Origin: Candidatus Iainarchaeum sp. | GTDB lineage: Archaea > Iainarchaeota > Iainarchaeia > Iainarchaeales > JAXPJC01 | Length of the DNA stretch: 64,000 nt | Direction of reading: 5' to 3' | Assembly: GCA_016187745.1 (NCBI GenBank) | Contig: JACPJC010000006.1 | Coordinates: forward strand, 64,001 to 128,000 | Shown: positions 45,240-53,738 of the stretch, piece by piece | How positions within the stretch are numbered: the first letter of the stretch is position 1 | Layout: each line of letters starts with the position of its first letter | Notes under the pieces: model-generated | The model's database searches: none | Seen by the model: only the letters and a program-made list of their open reading frames with translations | Told to the model about the DNA's origin: nothing | Program-made: the position numbers and the translations under genes

Positions 45240-45328
45240 GAAAGGCATTTAAACATTTTATTGCTGGATTATATTATTCTTGATTGCCTTGCTGAACTGC
45301 TTGGCGACTTGTTTTAGGGAGTGGAAAA

Positions 45329-45610
45329 ATGCTGGCTGAAACGCAGGAACAGGCTTCCCATATAGCGGAACTGATGGAAAACATAGTTGCGGACAATTCG
45401 GTTCCAAGGAACATAAGGAAAATTGTGGAGGAGGCGAAAAACAAAATCCTCTCGCAGGAGGAATTTGACACGAAGATAACCTCTGCAATCTATCTCCTTG
45501 ATGACATAAGCAATGACATAAACATGCCAAGCCACACGCGCACTGAACTCTGGACGCTCATATCCAAGCTCGAGGCAATTAGGGGAAACAAAAAAGAAGT
45601 AGTGCCTTGA
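45329..45610 (+). CDS. UPF0147 family protein
   Basis: DNSVPRNIR...AIYLLDDISNDINMPSHTRTELW. Confidence 0.9.
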   Translation: MLAETQEQASHIAELMENIVADNSVPRNIRKIVEEAKNKILSQEEFDTKITSAIYLLDDISNDINMPSHTRTELWTLISKLEAIRGNKKEVVP

Positions 45611-47151
45611 TGCAGGAAATGCAGAAAAAGCCAAGTGCTGAAGAGATTGTCAGTTATGCCAGCGAAAAGGCTGCTTTTGTAAATGCCGATGCGCTGGGGC
45701 CGCTTGCGGAATTTGGGGATTATAAAAAAATAATCGATGAGCTGCTTGCGGAAGGCATTTTTGAAATAGGGAAGGACAGGGTTTCTGAAAAAATTGCGAA
45801 ATCAAGGGCAAAAATAAATGTTCTTGAAACCCCGATAATTGAGATAAGGCATGAGAGGTTCAGGCCGGAGGCAAGGGAATCCTCTGGAAAGGTGAAAATC
45901 CTTGAGGAGTATGATGTTACGGGGCAGAGCTTTTCCTCAGGAAGCGTGAAGGACTTCCTGAATTACTTCAGGGCGAAATTCGATGCGCTTTCGGAAATAC
46001 TGATGCAGCATCCGGGAATGAGCCCAAAATCAATAAGCTCATTGCACAACATCAGGATAGGCCCGGAGGGAAGGAAGGAATTTGATGTAATCGGCATGGT
46101 AAAGGACAAGTGGATAAGCAAGAAGGGGCATTTGATCCTCCAGCTTGAAGACCTTGAGGCCGAATGCGTTGCGGTAATTCCCAAGGATGATTTGGAGCTT
46201 ACAAGGATTGGATTGAATGTATTGCCTGACAATGTGATATGCGTAAGGGCTGTGAAGGGGAGCCAGGGGATGGTAATCGCAAAGGGCATTGTGTTTCCTG
46301 AAGTTCCGCAGAGGGAACTCCCGAAAATCGAGAATGATGCGAGCATTGCAATTACTGCTGATGTGCACATCGGAAGCAAATTGTTCCTTGAGGAGAGCTT
46401 CAGGAGATTCTTGGCATGGATAAACGGCTCAATAGGGAATGAGAAGGAGGCTGAAAGGGCGGGAAAAATAAAATACCTTGTGTTTGCCGGGGACAATGTT
46501 GACGGCGTTGGAATCTACCCTGAACAGTTTGATGAGCTGGGAATAAAGGACATTTATGAGCAGTATGCTGAATTTGAGAAATTGGTAATGCAGATTCCGG
46601 AATATGTGGAAATAATAATATGCCCGGGGCAGCATGATGCTGTTAGAAGGGCAGACCCACAGCCGGCAATTCCCAAGGAATTTGCCCCGAATCTCAGCAA
46701 AATGAGCAATGTGCATTTTGTCGGCTCCCCCGGCTGGTTTGAAGTGGAGGGTCTTAAATGCCTCGTATACCACGGGGCGTCGCTCCATGACCTGATTTCA
46801 AGCGTTACAACGCTGAGCTCAGCAAAGCCAGAGAAGGTAATGGTTGAAATCCTCAGGCGCAGGGATCTGATGCCAACCTATGGATTAAGGCAGCCCTATG
46901 TTCCTGAGAAAAAGGATTTCATGGTAATGAAGGAAGTGCCTGACCTTTATTTCGGGGGGGACATGCACCATGTGGGTTATGAGAGATACAGGGGAACGAC
47001 GGTTGTGAATGCGGGAACGTGGCAGTCGCAAACCCCCTATCAGCTGAACTTAGGGCACATTCCAACCCCGGGAATTGTCCCGACAATAGACCTGAAGAAA
47101 AACAGCATAAGGGAAGTGCATTTCCTTGAGCAGGAATTGCGGGGCGCATAA
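45607..47151 (+). CDS. polB: DNA polymerase D small subunit DP1 (proofreading exonuclease)
   Basis: OB fold; ADVHIGSK, AGDNVDGVGIYP, PGQHDAVR, YHG, GDMHH, NAGTWQSQT. Confidence 0.95.
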   Translation: MMQEMQKKPSAEEIVSYASEKAAFVNADALGPLAEFGDYKKIIDELLAEGIFEIGKDRVSEKIAKSRAKINVLETPIIEIRHERFRPEARESSGKVKILEEYDVTGQSFSSGSVKDFLNYFRAKFDALSEILMQHPGMSPKSISSLHNIRIGPEGRKEFDVIGMVKDKWISKKGHLILQLEDLEAECVAVIPKDDLELTRIGLNVLPDNVICVRAVKGSQGMVIAKGIVFPEVPQRELPKIENDASIAITADVHIGSKLFLEESFRRFLAWINGSIGNEKEAERAGKIKYLVFAGDNVDGVGIYPEQFDELGIKDIYEQYAEFEKLVMQIPEYVEIIICPGQHDAVRRADPQPAIPKEFAPNLSKMSNVHFVGSPGWFEVEGLKCLVYHGASLHDLISSVTTLSSAKPEKVMVEILRRRDLMPTYGLRQPYVPEKKDFMVMKEVPDLYFGGDMHHVGYERYRGTTVVNAGTWQSQTPYQLNLGHIPTPGIVPTIDLKKNSIREVHFLEQELRGA

Positions 47152-47152
47152 A

Positions 47153-50100
47153 ATGCAGAGCATGAATATTCTTGCGGGCGAGGGGATAAGGAATTATTAC
47201 CAAAAAATTGCCGAGCGCGTGGATGCGCAGTTCTCTCTTGCAAAAAGCGCAAGGGCAAAAAACTATGATGTGTGCGCTTCTGTTGAGTCACTTCCTGCCG
47301 TTGACCTTGCGGACCGCGCGGAAACTATTATCGGCCCAAAAGGAGTTGCGGCGCGCTACAGGGAACTGTATGCAAAGCACAACAACAGGGAGCTTGCAAT
47401 ATTTGATATTTTCAGGGACATAATCTCCGGAAAATTGGGGAACATTCAGGGGAATGAGAAAAGGGTTGAGCAGGCAATCAAGACTTCCCTTTGCTTAATT
47501 ACCGAGGGGGTAGTTGTTGCGCCGATTGATGGATTGCCATATGTGAGGATAAGCAAAAATCCCGATGGGAGCGAATACGTGGATGTTTATTATGCGGGCC
47601 CAATCCGCGCAGCCGGGGGAACTGCGCAAGTGCTGCCATTGATTCTCGGGGATTATGCCCGCGCACTTCTCTCTTTGGACAGATACAAGCCGACGGAAGC
47701 GGAAGTTGAGAGATATGTTGAGGAAGTCAAATTATATTCAACGCTCTACACAAGGCAGTATCCGATAAGCGAGGAGGAAATCCGCACAATAGTAAGGGGC
47801 TGCCCTGTGTGCATTAACGGGGAGCCGACGGAAAAGCTGGAAGTTTCAGTGTTTCGGGATCTTCAAAGAATTCCGAGCAACCGCATAAGGGGCGGGGCAT
47901 GCCTTGTAATAAGCGACGGGATTGCGCTAAAGGCAATGGCAATCCTGAATTATGCGAAAATGCTGCAGCTTGACTGGAGCTGGCTTGAGAAAATAATAAA
48001 AGTTAAAAAATCCGGGGAGAAGGAGTCAGGGCTCCAGCCGAGCAAAAAATACCTTGAGGGAATTGCTGCGGGAAGGCCCATACTTGCGTATCCCCTGCGT
48101 TCCGGGGGCTTCAGGCTGCGCTATGGGAAAAGCAGGAACAATGGCATAATGGGAAAGTGCATACATCCCGCAACAATGGCGGTGCTGGACGAGTTTATTG
48201 CCGTTGGAACGCAGATGAAAATTGAGAGGCCGGGAAAGTCAGCGGGAATATTCCCCTGCGATTCAATTGAGGGGCCGATAGTGAAGCTCAAGGATGGAAG
48301 CGTGGTGCAGCTGCACACATATGGGAAAGCAAAAGAAATTGCAAATGATGTTGAGAAAATACTTTTTTTGGGGGATATGCTCGTAACTTACGGGGACTTC
48401 AAAAAATCCGCGCATCCTCTTGTTCCTGCAGGATATTGCGGGGAATGGTGGCTTCAGGAAGTGAAGAAGGCGCTTGGGGAAAATAAAAATGCGGATGCGG
48501 CTGAATTCGCAAAAATAATGAAGAGCCCATTTGATGCGGATTATGAAACCGCAACTAAAGTTTCAGAAAAATTGAATGTTCCGCTGCATCCGCATTACAT
48601 ACATTACTACTCCGCGCTGCAGAAACCCGAAATGCTTGAATTGATTGACGCAATAAGGGCTGCTGAAATTTCCGAACCGGATGGAAGAATTTCAGGGATA
48701 AAAATTGAAAACAGCCCGAAAACAAAAGAATATCTTGAGAGGATCGGGCTGCCGCACAGATTGGGCGAAGGAAAAATTATTATTGAAAGGGAATTCGCGC
48801 CCGCGCTGCTTGGAACATTCGGCTTTTACAGCAAAAAGGTTCCTGAGGGGGAGAATGCGCTTGAAGTTCTCAACAGCATTTCAGATTTTGCAATAAGGGA
48901 CAAGGGCGGAACTTTCATAGGGGCGAGGATGGGCAGGCCGGAATCCGCAAAGCCAAGGGTGATGGTGGGAAATCCGCATGTGCTTTTCCCTGTCGGATTG
49001 TATGGGGGCGCAACAAGAAGCCTGAACAAGGCGATGGATTCAGAAGAGGATTCCGCGGAGCACAAGTACAGGAGCAGGGAGGCAAAGATGCTGGGCGAGA
49101 TCGAGGTTGAAATTGCATACCATAAGTGCCCGAACTGCGGGAAGATTCTCCCCTCCTCAATATGCTCGCAGTGCAGGTGCGGAACAAAAAAAATAACGCT
49201 TTGCGAGAAGTGCGGGACAGAATGCTTTGACGCATTGTGCAGGAACTGCAGGGGGGCTGCGAACTCCAGGGGCATGAAAAAAATAAACATTGATGAGCTG
49301 ATGCGCTCTGCGGCGCTTAACTTAGGAACGGGAATTCCTGAAACTGTAAAAGGCGTGAAGGGGGTCATAAATGACGACAAATTTGTGGAGCCGCTTGAGA
49401 AGGGGATTCTGAGGGCGCGCCATGAGCTGCATGTGTTTCGCGACGCTACAATAAGGTTTGATTTGCTGAACGCGCCATTGACGCACTTCAAGCCGGGCGA
49501 AATTGAATTGGGGGTTGAGGAAGCGAAAAGGCTTGGATACGCAAAGGATGTTGATGGGAATGAGCTTGTCAGCCCTGAACAGATGCTTGAGCTGTTCCCG
49601 CAGGACATAATAATAAATGAGAGCGCTGCGGAATTTTTCATAAGGGCTTCAAAGTTCATTGATGATTTGCTGGAGGATTTTTACGGCCTTGAGAGGTATT
49701 ACAGGGCAAATTCAAAGCAGGATCTGATTGGGGAGCTGGTTCTCGGGCTTGCGCCGCACACATCTGCCGCAATTGTAGGCAGGATAATAGGGTATACAAA
49801 GGCAAGGGTGTGCTTTGCGCATCCATTTTTCCATCTTACAAAGCGCAGGAACATCGATGGGGACCAGGATTCAATTTTATTGCTGATGGACGCGCTCCTG
49901 AATTTCTCGCAGAAGTATCTTCCTTCCACGCGGGGAGCGAGGATGGATGCGCCGCTTGTTTTTACAATCGCGCTGAAGCCCAGTGAGATAGACAATGAGG
50001 CATTTGACATGGAAGTCTGTGGGGAATATCCATTGGAGCTTTATGAGAGGGCGCAGAGGCTCGAGCCCGCAAATCTTGAGGGCATTGAAAGGGTTATGCA

Positions 50101-50605
50101 CCGTTTAAATACTCCCAACCAATATTCGGGATTGAAATACACGCATGAAACAGGCTGCTTTGATGAGGGGCCGAAAATTTCAAGGTATGTGCAGCTTGAA
50201 ACAATGGCTGAAAAGCTGAATTCGCAGGCTGAACTGCAGCAGAAAATTTGCGCAATAGAGCACAAGGACGCGCTGGAAAGGGTAATGGCGTCGCACTTCC
50301 TTCCGGATTTAATTGGAAACACGCGCGCGTTCTCGAGGCAGAATTTCAGATGCACAAAATGCAATACGCGCTACCGCAGGATTCCCTTAGTGGGGCACTG
50401 CACAAAGTGCGGGGGGAATATAATACTTACAATTGCAGAAGGATCGGCGCGCAAATATCTGGAGATAGCAAAGGCATTCATTGTGAAGTATGCGCTTTCC
50501 CCCTACATAAAGCAGAGGGTTGACCTCATAGAGAGGGAGATGAATTCTGTGTTCCAGAGCGAGGGCGCAGTGGCAAAGCAGAAAAGCTTGGCAGAGTTTG
50601 TTTAA
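47153..50605 (+). CDS. polC: DNA polymerase D large subunit DP2 (no intein seen)
   Basis: TEGVVVAP, YAGPIRAAGGTAQ, GGFRLRYG, IGARMGRPE, KRRNIDGDQD, C-terminal CTKC...CTKCGG. Confidence 0.97.
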   Translation: MQSMNILAGEGIRNYYQKIAERVDAQFSLAKSARAKNYDVCASVESLPAVDLADRAETIIGPKGVAARYRELYAKHNNRELAIFDIFRDIISGKLGNIQGNEKRVEQAIKTSLCLITEGVVVAPIDGLPYVRISKNPDGSEYVDVYYAGPIRAAGGTAQVLPLILGDYARALLSLDRYKPTEAEVERYVEEVKLYSTLYTRQYPISEEEIRTIVRGCPVCINGEPTEKLEVSVFRDLQRIPSNRIRGGACLVISDGIALKAMAILNYAKMLQLDWSWLEKIIKVKKSGEKESGLQPSKKYLEGIAAGRPILAYPLRSGGFRLRYGKSRNNGIMGKCIHPATMAVLDEFIAVGTQMKIERPGKSAGIFPCDSIEGPIVKLKDGSVVQLHTYGKAKEIANDVEKILFLGDMLVTYGDFKKSAHPLVPAGYCGEWWLQEVKKALGENKNADAAEFAKIMKSPFDADYETATKVSEKLNVPLHPHYIHYYSALQKPEMLELIDAIRAAEISEPDGRISGIKIENSPKTKEYLERIGLPHRLGEGKIIIEREFAPALLGTFGFYSKKVPEGENALEVLNSISDFAIRDKGGTFIGARMGRPESAKPRVMVGNPHVLFPVGLYGGATRSLNKAMDSEEDSAEHKYRSREAKMLGEIEVEIAYHKCPNCGKILPSSICSQCRCGTKKITLCEKCGTECFDALCRNCRGAANSRGMKKINIDELMRSAALNLGTGIPETVKGVKGVINDDKFVEPLEKGILRARHELHVFRDATIRFDLLNAPLTHFKPGEIELGVEEAKRLGYAKDVDGNELVSPEQMLELFPQDIIINESAAEFFIRASKFIDDLLEDFYGLERYYRANSKQDLIGELVLGLAPHTSAAIVGRIIGYTKARVCFAHPFFHLTKRRNIDGDQDSILLLMDALLNFSQKYLPSTRGARMDAPLVFTIALKPSEIDNEAFDMEVCGEYPLELYERAQRLEPANLEGIERVMHRLNTPNQYSGLKYTHETGCFDEGPKISRYVQLETMAEKLNSQAELQQKICAIEHKDALERVMASHFLPDLIGNTRAFSRQNFRCTKCNTRYRRIPLVGHCTKCGGNIILTIAEGSARKYLEIAKAFIVKYALSPYIKQRVDLIEREMNSVFQSEGAVAKQKSLAEFV

Positions 50606-50611
50606 TCCTAA

Positions 50612-51004
50612 TTATTTTCCGAAAATAATCCAGAGCATTGCAACCAGAACAAGAACCAGAAATAAAATCAGCACTTTGGGCCTTTTCAGGAGCAGTCTGA
50701 AAAACCATTTTATTATTCCTGAAATCAGAAGCAGAATTGAGAGAATTATCCCGAAAAAATATTTTATCCAATTTATGGGATTTTTCAGCTCGTTGAAAAG
50801 CTCAGAGGATGCGCCCTTCCATGTCGGCTTTTGCGCTTTTCCGGCGGAAGGCTGAATTCCCTGCTCCGTTTCCTGAATTTCAGCGCCTTCGGATTCCCCG
50901 GTTTCTTCCTCAGAAATTTCCTCCGGCTCTTCCGATGGCTCTTCTATTTCCTCAACTTCTTTATCGGCAGAATTAGGGGAGGCTTGAAGCGCTTCTTTAG
51001 GCAT
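50612..51004 (-). CDS. hypothetical protein with acidic N-terminus and C-terminal TM helices
   Basis: E-rich stretch followed by two hydrophobic segments; downstream of sepF. Confidence 0.65.
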   Translation of the reverse strand: MPKEALQASPNSADKEVEEIEEPSEEPEEISEEETGESEGAEIQETEQGIQPSAGKAQKPTWKGASSELFNELKNPINWIKYFFGIILSILLLISGIIKWFFRLLLKRPKVLILFLVLVLVAMLWIIFGK

Positions 51005-51061
51005 TTTCCCTTTTTCTTTTGGGATAACTTAACACTTTTCTTTTTTATAAAAAGAAAAGGG

Positions 51062-51418
51062 TTAGGCTTCCTTTCTTTTTACAATCTTTACCCTTGAGGG
51101 CGTTACTAACACGCGATCGCTTGAGACCCTTGCCATGTCGCCGTCTATGCCCTGAACCTCATTGCGGATTGTGCTTATCAGTTCGCGCAATTTCATCGCG
51201 TTTCTCTTGCTCAAATCAGCGATATTCAGCAGCACTATGTTGCCCTTCTTCACTTCTTCAACAACAGTCTGCGCATCTGTATCGCGCTGAAGCGAATAAG
51301 GCTTCACATATGCGTCCGCGTCCTCATACATGCTCTCTTCTTCAACATCAAGGTTGTTGAGGAATTCCTCTATGTCAACAGCCTCTGACTTTCTGCCTAT
51401 CTTATCCAAAAAACCCAT
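51062..51418 (-). CDS. sepF: cell division protein SepF (archaeal)
   Basis: MGFLDKI amphipathic start, EEVKKGNIVLLNI, IDGDMARV...VLVTPSRVKI. Confidence 0.88.
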   Translation of the reverse strand: MGFLDKIGRKSEAVDIEEFLNNLDVEEESMYEDADAYVKPYSLQRDTDAQTVVEEVKKGNIVLLNIADLSKRNAMKLRELISTIRNEVQGIDGDMARVSSDRVLVTPSRVKIVKRKEA

Positions 51419-51503
51419 CATATCACCCCTTAGTGAAAAGATAATTTCTGCTAATATATTACGCAAGCATATATTTTAATGCTATTGTTTGGGTTAGTTT
51501 AGT

Positions 51504-52079
51504 ATGATGAAGGGCTTTTTTAATAGAATTTGGGCAAGGAAATTTCTTAGGCCCGGCAGGCAGAGCGGAAATATTGAATTTATAAAGCAGCGCGCCTCGC
51601 AATTCAGCGGCAGCAATATTGAAACCGTCGGGCAGATTCTTGGTTTTGTTAAGAAGATGGGGGAAGGGCAGCCCGGAGCAAGAAACGAAATGTCTGTTGA
51701 TGCAAGGAGACGGGCTAATGTAGAGCATATATTGAGGAAAAATGAAATAGGTGGCTGTGGTGATGCTGCTGTTATTTTTGCTCAATTGGCAAGGGCAAAA
51801 GGCATTCCTGTAAGGCTTGTTGATGCTGTAATGAAAGGTTATGATGGTAGAGGCGATTTTAGGGGGCATGTTTTTGCTGATGTTTTTATAAATGATAAAT
51901 GGATAACTGTTGAGCCAGTTGCAGGGCGCGTTATTGGAAAAGGATACAACAGAATAGGTAAAGACAGGACAATAATTAGTTACATCCCTTATGCAAAAGG
52001 GCTTGATTTTTCATCAATGGGCACGACAACATTAAAGGCAATAAGGAGAAAATCTTCAAAATTTCTGCAGCCAGGGTAG
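51504..52079 (+). CDS. transglutaminase-like cysteine protease domain protein
   Basis: GGCGDAAVIFAQLARAKGIPVRLV, GHVFADVFINDKWITVEP. Confidence 0.8.
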   Translation: MMKGFFNRIWARKFLRPGRQSGNIEFIKQRASQFSGSNIETVGQILGFVKKMGEGQPGARNEMSVDARRRANVEHILRKNEIGGCGDAAVIFAQLARAKGIPVRLVDAVMKGYDGRGDFRGHVFADVFINDKWITVEPVAGRVIGKGYNRIGKDRTIISYIPYAKGLDFSSMGTTTLKAIRRKSSKFLQPG

Positions 52080-52128
52080 TTCGGAATCCTAACTCTAAAC
52101 CCTTTTATAGTTTGTGCTATGGAATTAT

Positions 52129-53358
52129 ATGGGAGTTCTGATTTTCTTGGGCGAGAATGTTTTTGAAAAGGAATTTGCAAGGGAGAGCATATTCATTGAC
52201 AGGGATGCGATTTCCCCGCACTATCTGCCGGAAAAACTTCCCTTCAGGGAAAAGCAGATTGAGGAGATAAGCAAGCTTCTGGGTGTGGCATTGCACGGGA
52301 AAAGGCCGGATAATCTGTTTGTTTACGGGCCCACAGGGGTTGGGAAAACCGCAACCGTAAAGCACGTTATGCAGCAGCTGCAGGATTTTGCAAAGGAGAA
52401 AAATTCAAAAATTATTTCCACTTACATAAACTGCAGGAACCATAATTCCAAGTACCGCGCGATGATAAAGTGCGTGAATGATTTTTATCCCAATAATTAT
52501 TTTGTGGGCTATTCCGCATCATTTGTTCATGATAAAGTTCTGGATTTTGTGAGGGGAAATGAAGGCACATTGGTTGTAGTGCTGGATGAAATTGATAAGG
52601 TTAAGGACCTTGATGATTTGGTTTATGCGCTTACGCGCGCGAATGATGAATTGCAGAAGGGCGCAATCTCAATAATAGGGATTTCAAACAATTTGATGTT
52701 CAAGGAGCGTTTGGATCCAAGAACAAAAAGCTCCCTTTGCGAGCAGGAGCTTGTTTTTGCTCCATACAATGCCTCTGAGCTGAAGGCAATCCTTGAGCAG
52801 AGGATTGCAATTGCATTCAAGCCGAATTCTGTGGAGAATTCCGCAATAAATATTGCTGCGGCATTTGCGGCAAAGGAATCCGGGGATGCGCGGACTGCGG
52901 TAATGCTTCTTCAGAGGGCGGGGGAGCTTGCGGAAAAAAACGGGCTGCAGAAAATAACAGATGAGGAAGTGAAAAAGGCAAAATCAAAAGTGGAGGAGGA
53001 AGTAATCCTCAATATGGTTTCAGCGCTTCCCGAGCAGGAGCAGCTGGTGCTTTATGCGATTTCCGCGCTTACGCTTAGGAAAAAGGGGATAAGGAAAATT
53101 ACCGGAAGCGCGGATGAGGGCGCATTGTATTCGGGGGATGTGTATGAGGAATATGCAACGCTTGCGAAACACTTCAAGGCTGAAGCCGTAACGGCGCGCT
53201 GGTATAGGGAATACATAAACGAGCTGGAAATGTACGGATTGATTTTAACAACAGCATCGGGCGCGGGAATAAGGGGCAATACAACCCTAATAAAGCTTGG
53301 ATTCGACGCGGAAAAAATTAAGCAGGTATTGGAAAAGGAACTGATGCAGGGAAGCTGA
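52129..53358 (+). CDS. cdc6: Orc1/Cdc6 replication initiator (start uncertain)
   Basis: PEKLPFRE, YGPTGVGKT, YINC, VVLDEID, FAPYNASEL, GDARTA, C-terminal wH domain. Confidence 0.95.
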   Translation: MGVLIFLGENVFEKEFARESIFIDRDAISPHYLPEKLPFREKQIEEISKLLGVALHGKRPDNLFVYGPTGVGKTATVKHVMQQLQDFAKEKNSKIISTYINCRNHNSKYRAMIKCVNDFYPNNYFVGYSASFVHDKVLDFVRGNEGTLVVVLDEIDKVKDLDDLVYALTRANDELQKGAISIIGISNNLMFKERLDPRTKSSLCEQELVFAPYNASELKAILEQRIAIAFKPNSVENSAINIAAAFAAKESGDARTAVMLLQRAGELAEKNGLQKITDEEVKKAKSKVEEEVILNMVSALPEQEQLVLYAISALTLRKKGIRKITGSADEGALYSGDVYEEYATLAKHFKAEAVTARWYREYINELEMYGLILTTASGAGIRGNTTLIKLGFDAEKIKQVLEKELMQGS

Positions 53359-53362
53359 TTAA

Positions 53363-53710
53363 ATGGGAATAAAAACAGAATATAATCCTGATTTGGCATT
53401 AATAAACATTTCAGAATTTAAGAACGGGAATAGAAAAAGAGAGGAATGCATCCCCGAAAACCTCAAAGCCGGGCAAATCTGTGAGTTTCTTAAAAAGGGC
53501 CAGAGGAATTATTGGATTGAAGGTGAAATTCCTCTTTTAGAAACAAAAGGGAATCAACTACTTTCAAAACCATTAGCGAGCGTCATAATTCTTGAAGCGA
53601 CACATTTTATGTTAAATGGCGAACCTTGGACAAAGGGAAAATATAAAATTGTTGAGGCCTTTGACCCTAAAGAGCCCAAGATTCATTTCAACGGATTTGC
53701 CAGAGCATAG
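53363..53710 (+). CDS. conserved hypothetical protein (DUF2584-like)
   Basis: MGIKTEYNPDLAL...FLKKGQRNY...LASVIILE...TKGKYKIVE; AT-rich. Confidence 0.6.
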   Translation: MGIKTEYNPDLALINISEFKNGNRKREECIPENLKAGQICEFLKKGQRNYWIEGEIPLLETKGNQLLSKPLASVIILEATHFMLNGEPWTKGKYKIVEAFDPKEPKIHFNGFARA

Positions 53711-53738
53711 ATTAAGGCTTTTGCAAAATTTTTCAAAA

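Noticed and set aside
47153-50605. Intein in PolD DP2 (also considered for infB and cdc6)
   Set aside because: Protein lengths are normal and the catalytic motifs are contiguous; no intein termini or LAGLIDADG blocks.
51035-51059. 11-bp perfect palindrome as a member of a mobile repeat family
   Set aside because: Low complexity and single copy; more simply a terminator or promoter element after sepF.
52080-52150. Replication origin next to cdc6/polD
   Set aside because: Flanking spacers are short, and I see no repeated ORB-like (TCCA..GGAAA + G-string) boxes or long AT-rich unwinding element.
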